In this document: positions 63,691 through 64,000 of the stretch, one piece after another
How positions within the stretch are numbered: position 1 is the stretch's first letter
Layout of the letters: every line of letters starts with the position of its first letter
Source of the DNA: Octopus sinensis
Lineage: Eukaryota
Assembly (NCBI RefSeq): GCF_006345805.1
Contig: NC_043003.1
Coordinates: forward strand, 56,916,001-56,980,000
DNA length: 64,000 bases
Reading direction: 5' to 3'
Program-made: the position numbers and the translations under genes
The notes under the pieces: generated by a model
What the model saw: only the letters and a program-made list of their open reading frames with translations
The model's database searches: none
Told to the model about the DNA's origin: nothing

Positions 63691-63834
63691 TAAATAGAAA
63701 AATAATGAAGCAACAATAGTAGATGTAATAAAATAAAATAATGTAGAAATAAACGATGTGAGACTGATTAGTATAAGACAATTGAAAGACAAACGACAAA
63801 ACTATACTATGTATCTTTCTCCCTCTCTTCATAC

Positions 63835-63878
63835 ATGTATATATATATATGTATATATATATGTATATATATATATAA

Positions 63879-63975
<97 letters not shown>
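63835..63975. repeat. (TA)n microsatellite
   Basis: Direct reading. Confidence 0.97.
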
Positions 63976-63976
<1 letters not shown>

Positions 63977-64000
63977 GTGTGAGAGTATAATAAAAGTAAA

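Overview
AT-rich, microsatellite-dense metazoan genomic DNA, almost certainly cephalopod (Octopus-like). This is inferred from the SINE families and repeat density; no database search was possible. There is no intact long ORF, and nearly all ORF-track entries are microsatellite artefacts. The window holds one intact tRNA-His(GUG) gene and two degenerate paralogues with homologous flanks, plus a 119-nt 5S rRNA pseudogene. Mobile elements include four tRNA-derived SINE families (labelled A-D here), some in head-to-tail arrays, and decayed non-LTR retrotransposons (R4/Dong-like RLE elements abutting (TATG)n, a Tx1-like ORF2, CR1/Jockey-type RT relics, a Penelope-like GIY-YIG relic). Also present are a 396-bp Helitron with an empty site in a paralogous segment, nested MITEs and a non-autonomous hAT. 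Less usual features are a repeated foldback element, a repeated element carrying a variant minimal hammerhead-like motif, and a pair of RFX X-boxes at about 46.3 kb. The X-boxes may mark the promoter of an unidentified gene; three weak minus-strand candidate exons were found. Identities and boundaries of degenerate repeats are by-eye estimates.
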